Source: an uncultured Comamonadaceae bacterium
GTDB taxonomy: Bacteria > Bacteroidota > Bacteroidia > Flavobacteriales_D > Sanyastnellaceae
DNA length: 64,000 bases
Reading direction: 5' to 3'
NCBI GenBank assembly: GCA_964527895.1
Contig: CAZGQI010000001.1
Location: forward strand, 55,275-119,274
Below, in pieces: positions 44,410-52,543 of the stretch. The position numbers were made by a program, and so were the translations under genes. The number at the start of each line of letters is the position of its first letter. The first letter of the stretch is position 1. The notes under the pieces are model-generated. The model was not told where the DNA came from. It searched no databases and was given only the letters and a program-made list of their open reading frames with translations.

Positions 44410-45192
44410 TCAGTTGAGGCGCTTCATGCTCATCACGACGTCTTCCAGAGGGCGATCGCCCCGGCGACGGTCGGTGGGCACTGCAGCGATGCTGTCGACG
44501 ATGTCCAAGCCTTCCACGACGTATCCAAACACCGTGTACTGCATGTCCAAGAATGGCGTACCGCCTACAGTCTTGTACATCTCGCGCGCTTCGTCCGAAT
44601 ACACGAATTGTCCGTTTTCGACGTTGGCCAACCCGTTGCCATATTCCTCGGAGAAGTTGGCAATGCGGCCCTCGATTCCTGACATTTCATTGTCGCTGAA
44701 GGGACGACCCTGCACCAAGTAGAATTGGCTGCCTGAGCTGCGACGTTCGGGGTTCACGTTGTCGCCTTGGCGCGCCGCGGAAAGGGCTCCCTTGAAGTGC
44801 AACAAGTCGGGACGAATCTCAGCTTCCACGGTATACCCTGGGCCTCCGCTTCCGAGGCGCGCATTGGCGTCGGCGCCCTTGCTTTGTGGATCGCCGCCTT
44901 GCACCATGAACTCGCGGATGACGCGGTGGAAAATCAAGCTGTCGTAAAACTGCTCGTCCACGAGCTTGAGGAAGTTGTCGCGGTGTTGCGGCGTGGAGTC
45001 GCTGAATTGGACAATCATGGAACCAAACTTGGTTTCGATTTCCACCCGCGCAGGTTCGCTGGAGGTCATGCTGGGTTGGGCCTTGTCTGATTCACATCCG
45101 CTGGCGGACATCAACAACATGGACAGAGACGCCACGAACAAGCTGGCGAAGGTGGAGGAACCCAGAAGGCGCATTTGCAGTTTTTTCATCAT
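44410..45192 (-). CDS. Cyclophilin-type peptidyl-prolyl isomerase, lipoprotein/secreted
   Basis: Signal/lipobox LLMSASGC. FHRVIREFMVQGGDP...GPGYTV...GALSAARQGD...SQFYLV is the cyclophilin core. Confidence 0.85.
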   Translation of the reverse strand: MMKKLQMRLLGSSTFASLFVASLSMLLMSASGCESDKAQPSMTSSEPARVEIETKFGSMIVQFSDSTPQHRDNFLKLVDEQFYDSLIFHRVIREFMVQGGDPQSKGADANARLGSGGPGYTVEAEIRPDLLHFKGALSAARQGDNVNPERRSSGSQFYLVQGRPFSDNEMSGIEGRIANFSEEYGNGLANVENGQFVYSDEAREMYKTVGGTPFLDMQYTVFGYVVEGLDIVDSIAAVPTDRRRGDRPLEDVVMSMKRLN

Positions 45193-45208
45193 CTTTGAGG
45201 TCTGACGT

Positions 45209-45216
45209 CAAAAATA
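45209..45216 (-). promoter_or_regulatory. Putative -7 box TATTTTTG for the cyclophilin-pheS unit
   Basis: Exact TAnnTTTG on the minus strand, 16 nt upstream of ATG 45192. Confidence 0.4.
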
Positions 45217-45242
45217 GACGCCAGTGCAGACACGACACGCTC

Positions 45243-45623
45243 ATGAATCGCTTTTTCTCCCTCGCCCTGACCGCCGCTGCGGGATTGCTCCTAGCCGGAT
45301 GCTACGAAATGGATGAAACCATCGCCAACGTCTACGTGGTGCGGATGGAAGCCGGAGAAGAGATTCCTGTCTCGGACGCCGAAGTGCGCCTCTACGCCCT
45401 CGGTTCCTTGGACGACGACTTCGTGGGCGAGCCGCGGTTTGACACCACCCAAGTGACCACCAACGAAGGCTTCACCTCCTTCAACTTTTCCAGCTACTAC
45501 GTGGCGGGACAAGCAGGTTTTGCAGTACTCGATGTCGAATGCACCAAGGGTTCGCTTGAAGGCAAAGGCCTCATCAAAATTGAAGAGATGATGACCAACG
45601 AGGTCACCATCACCATGGAGTAA
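45243..45623 (+). CDS. Hypothetical lipoprotein (126 aa)
   Basis: MNRFFSLALTAAAGLLLAGC is a lipoprotein signal. The rest is beta-rich (carboxypeptidase-regulatory-like?). No family recognised. Confidence 0.5.
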   Translation: MNRFFSLALTAAAGLLLAGCYEMDETIANVYVVRMEAGEEIPVSDAEVRLYALGSLDDDFVGEPRFDTTQVTTNEGFTSFNFSSYYVAGQAGFAVLDVECTKGSLEGKGLIKIEEMMTNEVTITME

Positions 45624-45656
45624 GGCCCCCCGCGGCGCTCCCTCCCCTCTTTCGGA

Positions 45657-46016
45657 TCATTCGTTTTCGGCGCCTTCGCGTCCGATCCATGCTGCGAAAT
45701 AGTCGACAAGCGCACGCCTCATCATGACTTCTTGTTCGTCTGAGGTCAAAGGGGGAAGGGGTTCGCCCGCCGAAAAATGCGGCCACCCGTCCTCATCCAC
45801 CCCTTCACGCACGTAATAGCCCAACGGCTCGAGCAAGGTGCACACCCCCACGTGCATGAGGTCCATCTTCTCGTCCTTTTTGTAGCGCTTGGCGCCTTGT
45901 CCCGCTTCCTGCAACCCCACGGCAAACACCATGGACGTCACGTCGGGCTCTTCCCCGAACCGGTCCATCATGCGCTTCACCAGCGTCTGCCAATCTCGCT
46001 CAAATGCGTAATCCAT
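45657..46016 (-). CDS. Hypothetical cytoplasmic protein (119 aa)
   Basis: Starts MDYAFERDWQTLVKRMMDRF, and the composition looks protein-like. The track version (to 46238) reads through the tRNA-Pro gene and is rejected. GAACTTTG lies 6 nt upstream of ATG 46016. Confidence 0.5.
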   Translation of the reverse strand: MDYAFERDWQTLVKRMMDRFGEEPDVTSMVFAVGLQEAGQGAKRYKKDEKMDLMHVGVCTLLEPLGYYVREGVDEDGWPHFSAGEPLPPLTSDEQEVMMRRALVDYFAAWIGREGAENE

Positions 46017-46041
46017 GGGGGTCAAAGTTCTGAATGGGTAC

Positions 46042-46065
46042 AAAAAAAGCCACGATTTTCGTGGC
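46042..46065 (-). terminator. Rho-independent terminator after tRNA-Pro
   Basis: Minus strand reads GCCACG-AAAAT-CGTGGC-TTTTTTT: a 6-bp GC-rich stem, a 5-nt loop and a U7 tail. It begins 7 nt after the tRNA 3' end. Confidence 0.7.
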
Positions 46066-46072
46066 TTTCTTG

Positions 46073-46145
46073 TCGGGATGACTGGACTTGAACCAGCGAC
46101 CACACGTCCCCCAGACGCGTACTCTACCAACTGAGCTACATCCCG
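46073..46145 (-). tRNA. tRNA-Pro (anticodon GGG)
   Basis: Hand-folded: acceptor CGGGATG/CATCCCG, D-arm GCTC-AGTTGGTA-GAGT, anticodon stem CGCGT/ACGTG with loop CTGGGGG (G37), T-arm GCTGG-TTCAAGT-CCAGT, discriminator A. CCA is not encoded. Confidence 0.85.
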
Positions 46146-46156
46146 ATGGAGGGGTG

Positions 46157-46164
46157 CAAATGTA
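46157..46164 (-). promoter_or_regulatory. Putative -7 box TACATTTG for tRNA-Pro
   Basis: Exact TAnnTTTG on the minus strand, 11 nt upstream of the mature tRNA 5' end. Confidence 0.5.
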
Positions 46165-46201
46165 GGTGATTTTCTTCCACAGAAAAAGCCACGGAACAAA
46201 G

Positions 46202-46209
46202 TAGATTTG
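46202..46209 (+). promoter_or_regulatory. Putative -7 box TAGATTTG for pheT
   Basis: Exact TAnnTTTG 34 nt upstream of ATG 46244, divergent from the tRNA-Pro promoter. Confidence 0.4.
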
Positions 46210-46243
46210 CAAGAGCGCATTTGGCCATCAACCCACACCTCCC

Positions 46244-48724
46244 ATGAAGATTTCAGCCCGTTGGATCCAGCAGTTGTTTCCGTTTGACGTTTCCGTCGAA
46301 CAGGCGGCCCAAGTCTTGACAGCCACAGGCCTCGAAGTGGAAGGCGTGGAACACGTCGAGGACGTGCCAGGGGGCCTTGCTGGGGTCGTGGTGGGACACG
46401 TGACCTCGGTCGCGCCTCACCCCAATGCTGACCGGCTTCGTTGTTGCAAGGTGGACGTCGGAACCGACGTGCTCGACATCGTTTGCGGGGCGAGCAACGT
46501 GGCAGAGGGACAAAAAGTTCCCGTCGCCACGGTGGGATGCACCCTTCACCCTGCCGAGGGCGAGCCGTTCAAAATCAAGAAAGGAAAAATCCGCGGCGAG
46601 GTGTCGTTGGGCATGATTTGTGCCGAAGACGAATTGGGCCTCGGGGCGAGCCACGACGGCATCCTCGTGCTCGATGACGCAGCGCAGGTGGGACAGCCCC
46701 TGGCTGAATTCATTGGCTTGGAAGGAGACGACGTCATCGAAATTGGATTGACGCCCAACCGCAACGATGCCATGGGGCATTGGGGAGTGGCGCGCGACTT
46801 GCGGTCCGGACTGATGCACGGCACCGTCGACGGGGTCGGCCCGATGGAAGTGGGAGCGTTGACCCTCCCCGAAACCACCTCGTTGGACGAGGCCTTGGCC
46901 CGTGGCTGCAGCGTCGCCCTCGACGTGCAAGCCCCAGAAGACTGTCCGCATTACCTGGCCGTGGAGTTGCACAACGTCACGGTGGCGCCGAGCCCAGACT
47001 GGGCCCAAAAGCAATTGCGCGCCATCGGTGTGCAGCCCATCAACAACGTGGTGGACGCCACCAACTTGGTGCTGCATGAGTTTGGCAACCCGCTTCACGC
47101 GTTTGACCTCGCCAAAATTGAAGGCGGGCAAGTGGTTGTTCGGAAGGCCACGGCAAAGGAGCCGTTCGTGACATTGGACGACCAGGCGCGAGAACTGGAC
47201 GCGAAAGACTTGGTGATTGCCGACCACAAGGCCCCCATGTGTCTCGCAGGGGTCTACGGTGGCGCGCACAGCGGCGTCAGCGAAGGCACGACCTCCGTGC
47301 TGCTTGAGGCCGCCTGGTTCCACCCGGTGACCGTGCGGAAGACCGCCAAGCGTCACACCCTCAGTACCGACGCCAGCTTCCGATTTGAGCGCGGCGTCGA
47401 TCCCGCATCCGTCCGGTTGGCCGCCGAACGTTGCGTGCGTTTGTTGCAAGAATGGGCCGGCGCAGAGGTCCAGGGTGCCATCGAGTTCAAGGGCGCGCCA
47501 CGGGTGGAAAATGCCACCGTGGAATTGAAGTTGTCATGGTTGTTTGGGTTCCTCGGCACGACCATCGACGAGGCACGTCTGACGTCCATTTTCACGTCGC
47601 TTGACATCGAGGTGGCGACACGCACCGACGATCTCTGGACCCTCCACGTGCCGGCATACCGAAGCGACGTCACACGTCCGGCGGACATTGCCGAGGAAGT
47701 GCTGCGGATTCATGGATTCGACCACGTGCCCCTTCCCGATCGCATGACGGGCACCCTCGAAATCCCTGCCAAGCCGAACCGCGAGGACGTGCTGTTTGGC
47801 TGGCGTGAGCTGCTGGTCAGTTTGGGGTTCACCGAAATCATGTCCAATTCATTGACCAAGGCGTCGTACGCGGAGCTCGTGGCGGACCGCGATTTGGACC
47901 CTGCCGCGAGTGTGCACATGCTCAACCCCCTGAGCAACGACCTGGGCGCGATGCGTCAAAGCCTCGTGTTTCAGGGATTGGAAGCCATCGCGCGGAACAC
48001 CAACCACAAGCAACCCGACTTGCGTCTGTTCGAATTTGGACGGACGTACACGAAGGGGAGCCAGGAAAACGGAAGCGCCCGCTACATCGAAAAGGAGCAC
48101 CTCAGCATGTGGGTGACGGGGCGTTCTTTCCCAGAGTCTTGGAACCGCCCCAAAGGCAAAGAGGGCCAGTCCGATCTGTTCACGCTGAAGCACGCGGTGG
48201 AAACGCTCCTGGAACGCGTGGGGCTGACCGTGGTGGCCGACGTTGAGCCCTCGGCCGAAGGTTTGCTGGTGGAAGGCGTTTTGTTGCGTCACCGCAACGG
48301 GAACGAAGTCGGACGTTGGGGCATGGTGCAGCCTTCTGTGGCCTCGGCCTGTGGGGTGGACGAGCCTGTGTTTTGGGCCGACTTTGATGTCGCGCAACTG
48401 TGGAAAGCCGTGAAAAAGCGGAAAGTCAAAGCCAAGGAGTTGCCGAAATTCCCTTCGGTGCGACGCGATTTGGCCTTGGTGGTCGACCGCAGCATGACGT
48501 ACGAAACGCTCCGACAAGCTGCGCTCGGCGCCGAGAAGAAGTTGCTGAAAGGTGTCACCTTGTTCGATGTGTACCAAGGCAAGGGACTGGAGGAACATGA
48601 AAAGAGCTACGCGATGGCCTTCACGCTTCAGCATCCGGACGCGACGCTGAACGACAAGCAAATTGAGTCGGCCATGAGCCGCATCTTGGACGCACTTCAA
48701 TCGGCAGGTGCACGCCTTCGCTAA
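46244..48724 (+). CDS. pheT: Phenylalanine--tRNA ligase beta subunit
   Basis: 826 aa. N-terminal tRNA-binding OB (HPNADRLRCCKVDVG), B3/4 and B5 domains, and a C-terminal FDX-ACB domain (DLALVVD...FDVYQGKGL). Confidence 0.95.
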   Translation: MKISARWIQQLFPFDVSVEQAAQVLTATGLEVEGVEHVEDVPGGLAGVVVGHVTSVAPHPNADRLRCCKVDVGTDVLDIVCGASNVAEGQKVPVATVGCTLHPAEGEPFKIKKGKIRGEVSLGMICAEDELGLGASHDGILVLDDAAQVGQPLAEFIGLEGDDVIEIGLTPNRNDAMGHWGVARDLRSGLMHGTVDGVGPMEVGALTLPETTSLDEALARGCSVALDVQAPEDCPHYLAVELHNVTVAPSPDWAQKQLRAIGVQPINNVVDATNLVLHEFGNPLHAFDLAKIEGGQVVVRKATAKEPFVTLDDQARELDAKDLVIADHKAPMCLAGVYGGAHSGVSEGTTSVLLEAAWFHPVTVRKTAKRHTLSTDASFRFERGVDPASVRLAAERCVRLLQEWAGAEVQGAIEFKGAPRVENATVELKLSWLFGFLGTTIDEARLTSIFTSLDIEVATRTDDLWTLHVPAYRSDVTRPADIAEEVLRIHGFDHVPLPDRMTGTLEIPAKPNREDVLFGWRELLVSLGFTEIMSNSLTKASYAELVADRDLDPAASVHMLNPLSNDLGAMRQSLVFQGLEAIARNTNHKQPDLRLFEFGRTYTKGSQENGSARYIEKEHLSMWVTGRSFPESWNRPKGKEGQSDLFTLKHAVETLLERVGLTVVADVEPSAEGLLVEGVLLRHRNGNEVGRWGMVQPSVASACGVDEPVFWADFDVAQLWKAVKKRKVKAKELPKFPSVRRDLALVVDRSMTYETLRQAALGAEKKLLKGVTLFDVYQGKGLEEHEKSYAMAFTLQHPDATLNDKQIESAMSRILDALQSAGARLR

Positions 48725-48727
48725 GCC

Positions 48728-50056
48728 ATGAAATCACGTCCCATCCTCCATCCGCCCATCCAGGTTTCCCACCTGTATTACCGCTTGACGCGCATCCTGG
48801 TTTGGGGAGGCATCACGCGTTATTACAGCATCAGCGGATTGGATGACTTTGACACCTTGCCGGCTCCAGGAACCCCCACCATCTTCATCGGCAACCACCA
48901 AAACGGCATGATGGACCCGATGCCGTTTTGTGGCTTTGTGCCGCAACAGATCCACTGGCTGACGCGGGCGGACGTGTTTTGGAATCCCGTGGCGAGGCAC
49001 ATTCTCTTTGGGTACAACCAAATGCCAGTGTACCGTCAGCGCGACCGGGTCGACCAACTTCGGGAACGCAACGACGTCATTTTCGATGCGTGTGTGGACC
49101 GCATGCATGCCGGGGCAGCCATGGGCATTTTCCCGGAGGGCAACCACAACCCGTTTCCCTCGCTTCGCGCATTGAAGGGGGGATTGGCGGAGATGTTGGC
49201 CCGCGCCGCGCGACGTCATCCCGAGTTGAAGTCCATTCAAGTGGTGCCGATCGGGCTGGACTACGAACACTACTTGGACTGGCGGCGGCGCTTCCGCGTT
49301 CGCGCAGGCCAGGCCATTCCCTTTGCCGATTTGCTGCAAGAGGACGGCACCATCGACAAACCCGCCCTGAATGCGCGCGTCCGTGAGGCCTTCAAACACA
49401 TCATGGTGGATTTGCAACCCGAAGATGCGCAGCCCCATTTGCATCCCGCCCTGCGGGCACACCGCACCGCGGAAATGACCCAAGAGGCTTGGAAACCGTT
49501 CACCGCTCAACTCGCGGCTTGGGAGAAGCGATGGACGGAGGACGGGGGTTGGAGCCAGCGCGTCAAAGACACCCATGCCCAATGGCATGAGGCGTGGATT
49601 GAGGCAGGGTCGCCCGGACGACCTGAGGCATGGGGCACAAGCGCGGAAGACATCCGGAAGTCCAAGCCTTGGGCGGCGTGGTTGCACCCACTCGCCTTGT
49701 TGGCCAACCTGCCCACCTATCCGGTGCAGTGGTTTGTGACGCGCTACGTCGACAAGCGCATCAAAAACCGCGAATTCGTGCCTACCATGAGGCTGGGTCT
49801 CGGCATCGTTCTGTTTCCCTTGTGGTGGTTCCTGCTGTCCATTGTTGCGGGGCTGATTGCACCTGCAGGATGGGGATGGCTGACTGCGGGGCTGGTGTGG
49901 TTCTGGGGACAGGCCGGGTCGCGCCTTCTTGCTTGGTCCACCACGCAACGGCACGACCGCGCAGATGCCTCCGACGGACGCGCCTTCTGGCATGACGCCG
50001 GGCTGACGAAGGTTCGCGATGCTTGGAAAGCCTACTTGGAGGCGGTGAACAACTGA
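48728..50056 (+). CDS. Lysophospholipid/glycerol-phosphate acyltransferase family protein with C-terminal TM region
   Basis: FIGNHQNGMMDP (the HX4D acyltransferase motif) and GIFPEGNH (the EG block). The last ~130 aa carry hydrophobic helices. It starts 3 nt after the pheT stop. Confidence 0.7.
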   Translation: MKSRPILHPPIQVSHLYYRLTRILVWGGITRYYSISGLDDFDTLPAPGTPTIFIGNHQNGMMDPMPFCGFVPQQIHWLTRADVFWNPVARHILFGYNQMPVYRQRDRVDQLRERNDVIFDACVDRMHAGAAMGIFPEGNHNPFPSLRALKGGLAEMLARAARRHPELKSIQVVPIGLDYEHYLDWRRRFRVRAGQAIPFADLLQEDGTIDKPALNARVREAFKHIMVDLQPEDAQPHLHPALRAHRTAEMTQEAWKPFTAQLAAWEKRWTEDGGWSQRVKDTHAQWHEAWIEAGSPGRPEAWGTSAEDIRKSKPWAAWLHPLALLANLPTYPVQWFVTRYVDKRIKNREFVPTMRLGLGIVLFPLWWFLLSIVAGLIAPAGWGWLTAGLVWFWGQAGSRLLAWSTTQRHDRADASDGRAFWHDAGLTKVRDAWKAYLEAVNN

Positions 50057-50163
50057 GGGGCACCAGTCTCTCCGACGTCGCCTTTTTTGTCTCATCTTCG
50101 TGTTAAGACAGCCTTCACATGTCCTTTACCTCCGATGAACATACCCGTGATGAACTTCGAGCC

Positions 50164-50841
50164 ATGGGCAAGCAACGCATTCTGCTCGTTGACGACGAGC
50201 CAGACATCCTCGAATTCATCGAATACAACCTCGTCAAAGAAGGGTATGACGTGCACACGGCAGGCAACGGACGCGAAGGCGTGGCTTTGGCCAAAAAACT
50301 TCTTCCCGACTTGATTCTTTTGGACGTCATGATGCCCGAAATGGACGGTGTCGAAGCGTGCACCGAGATTCGTGAAGACAAGTCCCTGGGACAGACCATT
50401 GTGGCCTTTTTGACCGCCCGCGGGGAAGACTACAGCCAAATCGCAGGATTTGAAGCCGGTGCCGACGACTACATCCTCAAGCCGGTGAAGCCCCGCGTTC
50501 TGTTGTCCCGAGTGCAAGCCTTGCTGCGCCGAAAGAAATCCGCGAGCTACGTGGGGGGCGATTACGACGGAACAGGACTGATGATTGACCCCGAACGCTA
50601 CGTGGTCATCCACGACGGCAAAGAGATGTCCCTTCCAAAGAAGGAATTCGAGTTGCTCAGTTTGCTGGCGTCCCAGCCCGGGCGGGTCTTCAGTCGCGAA
50701 AACATCCTGGCGAGTGTGTGGGGCACCGATGTGGTGGTGGGCGACCGCACCATCGACGTGCACATCCGCAAGCTTCGAGAAAAGTTGGGCGAGCATTATT
50801 TCAAGACCGTCAAAGGCGTCGGGTACAAATTTGTCGGCTGA
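50164..50841 (+). CDS. OmpR/PhoB-family response regulator
   Basis: MGKQRILLVDDEPDILEF...LLDVMMPEMDG is a receiver domain, and EFELLSLLASQPGRVFSRENIL...TIDVHIRKLREKL...VKGVGYKF is a winged helix. ATG 50164 is preferred (canonical receiver start; GAACTTCG box 4 nt upstream). The track start is 50119. Confidence 0.85.
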   Translation: MGKQRILLVDDEPDILEFIEYNLVKEGYDVHTAGNGREGVALAKKLLPDLILLDVMMPEMDGVEACTEIREDKSLGQTIVAFLTARGEDYSQIAGFEAGADDYILKPVKPRVLLSRVQALLRRKKSASYVGGDYDGTGLMIDPERYVVIHDGKEMSLPKKEFELLSLLASQPGRVFSRENILASVWGTDVVVGDRTIDVHIRKLREKLGEHYFKTVKGVGYKFVG

Positions 50842-51884
50842 TGGCGGGTCAAAGTCCGCGCTCCGTCTCGATCCAAGCTGGCATTGCCGTGGGCTTGCTG
50901 ACCTTGTTCGCCGTGGGAATTGCCTTGCGTGCGGACAATGTTGGAGACCAATGGTGGCTTCCACCCCTCTCCGGACTTGTGGTCGGTGGGGTTTGCTACA
51001 TGCTCGTCTACCGTCAATTGGGGGTGTACATCCAGGATCGCGTCCGCATCATCTACAAGACCATCCGTCGCTTCAAAGGATCGAGCAGCAACCTGAACCT
51101 CGACATGAACAACGACATCGTGGAACAGGTGAACCGCGACGTCATGTCTTGGGCTGAATCCCAAATTGACGAAATCACCAACCTCCGGGAGACGGACACG
51201 TTTCGGAAAGAGTTCATCGGCAACCTGGCCCATGAATTGAAAACGCCCATCTTCAACATCCAGGGCTTCATCCTCACCCTGCTGGAAGGGGGCATGGAGG
51301 ATCCCGAAATCAACCGGAAATTTCTGCTGAAGGCGGCCAAAAACGTCGAGCGGATGTCGGGACTGCTTGAGGACCTCGACGTCATCACGAAAATGGAAGC
51401 CGGCAACCTCGACATCGAGCTGGTGCCATTTAACTTGCTCGACATCGTGCGCGAAACCATCGAGAGTCTCGAACCCAAAGCCAAGCGCAACAACATCGAG
51501 TTGCGCATCATCAAAGGCATGGATGGCTCAAAAGTGATGGTCCTCGGCGATGCTGCGAAACTCGTTCAGGTCTTGACCAACCTCATCGTCAACAGCATCA
51601 ATTACGGCACCGAAGGGGGACGGACAGAGGTGCGCTACTACGACGCCGAAGACAGCATTTTGGTGGAGGTGGCCGACACAGGCATTGGCATTCGGGAAGA
51701 AGACTTGCCGCGGGTGTTCGAGCGATTCTACCGGGTGGACAAGTCGCGTTCTCGCCATGCGGGCGGCTCGGGTTTGGGGTTGGCCATTTGCAAGCACATC
51801 ATTGAGACGCACGGCCAAACCATCAACGTGCGCAGCACCTACGGCGAGGGATCAACGTTCAGCTTCACGCTGGAGAAGGCCTGA
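50841..51884 (+). CDS. Sensor histidine kinase (HisKA + HATPase_c), partner of the preceding regulator
   Basis: Two N-terminal TM helices, an H-box FIGNLAHELKTPIF, an N-box LIVNSINYG, G-boxes VADTGIGI and GGSGLGLAICK. ATG overlaps the regulator stop by 1 nt. Confidence 0.85.
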   Translation: MAGQSPRSVSIQAGIAVGLLTLFAVGIALRADNVGDQWWLPPLSGLVVGGVCYMLVYRQLGVYIQDRVRIIYKTIRRFKGSSSNLNLDMNNDIVEQVNRDVMSWAESQIDEITNLRETDTFRKEFIGNLAHELKTPIFNIQGFILTLLEGGMEDPEINRKFLLKAAKNVERMSGLLEDLDVITKMEAGNLDIELVPFNLLDIVRETIESLEPKAKRNNIELRIIKGMDGSKVMVLGDAAKLVQVLTNLIVNSINYGTEGGRTEVRYYDAEDSILVEVADTGIGIREEDLPRVFERFYRVDKSRSRHAGGSGLGLAICKHIIETHGQTINVRSTYGEGSTFSFTLEKA

Positions 51885-52523
51885 TCCCGCCGCATTCACA
51901 AACGGGTTTCCTTGCTTCTCCGCACCTACGGTTGTGGGCCCTCCGTGACCTGGCCACACCACCATGTCGTCGGGCAGCGTGTAGAATTGGGTCAGGATGC
52001 TTGTCACCAAATCCGGGGCGTGGCTGCCGGGCAAGTCGGTTCGGCCGATGCTTCCCTCAAACAACACGTCGCCGCCAATCGTCCACCCATGCTCGTGGCA
52101 CACAAAGGCCACATGGCCTGGCGCATGACCCGGAACAAACCGAATTTCAAGCTGGGCTTGGCCACAGTCGATGACCTCCCCTGGCACCAAATCCATCACC
52201 ACATCCGGCAAAGGGTCCATGGACACCCCGTACATCTGAGCCGCAATGGGCCCGCGATGGTAGGTCTCTTCATCGAGGGGGTGCATGCGCGGAAGCAGTC
52301 CGTACGTGTCCTTCATCCACTGGCAGCCCATGACGTGGTCCAGGTGACCGTGGGTCAACAAGACCTGGACAGGCTGCGCGCCCAAGGAGTTGCAGATGCG
52401 TTGAAACGCTTCTCTTTCTTGCGGCGAGGCCATGCCCGGATCGATCACCGTCAACGAACCGTTTCCGTGATCCACAACATAGGTTTGCTCTCCAAACACG
52501 TTGCATGTAAGTGGTTGCACCAT
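51852..52523 (-). CDS. MBL-fold metallo-hydrolase (glyoxalase II-like)
   Basis: VIDPG...LLTHGHLDHVMG...VPGHAPGHVAF...GDVLFEGSIGRTD is the metallo-beta-lactamase motif set. Start taken at MVQPLTC (ATG 52523). Confidence 0.8.
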   Translation of the reverse strand: MVQPLTCNVFGEQTYVVDHGNGSLTVIDPGMASPQEREAFQRICNSLGAQPVQVLLTHGHLDHVMGCQWMKDTYGLLPRMHPLDEETYHRGPIAAQMYGVSMDPLPDVVMDLVPGEVIDCGQAQLEIRFVPGHAPGHVAFVCHEHGWTIGGDVLFEGSIGRTDLPGSHAPDLVTSILTQFYTLPDDMVVWPGHGGPTTVGAEKQGNPFVNAAGSGLLQREAER

Positions 52524-52529
52524 GGGGCG

Positions 52530-52537
52530 TAATTTCG
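52530..52537 (+). promoter_or_regulatory. Putative -7 box TAATTTCG for the large Omp85-like gene
   Basis: TAnnTT[C]G variant 6 nt upstream of ATG 52544 (39 nt upstream of the alternative ATG 52577). Confidence 0.35.
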
Positions 52538-52543
52538 GGAAGA

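Noticed and set aside
45203-45210. Perfect palindrome TGACGTCA in the cyclophilin / lipoprotein divergent region
   Set aside because: A single 8-bp palindrome that partly overlaps the TATTTTTG -7 box. There is no second copy in the window and no known cognate regulator here, so it is likely chance.
46017-46238. N-terminal extension of the 45657 ORF in the track
   Set aside because: It reads through the tRNA-Pro gene and its terminator. The real start is ATG 46016.
48734-50095. 453-aa minus-strand ORF
   Set aside because: Antisense to the acyltransferase gene, which carries HX4D and EG motifs. Low-complexity Pro/Arg/Gly-rich translation.
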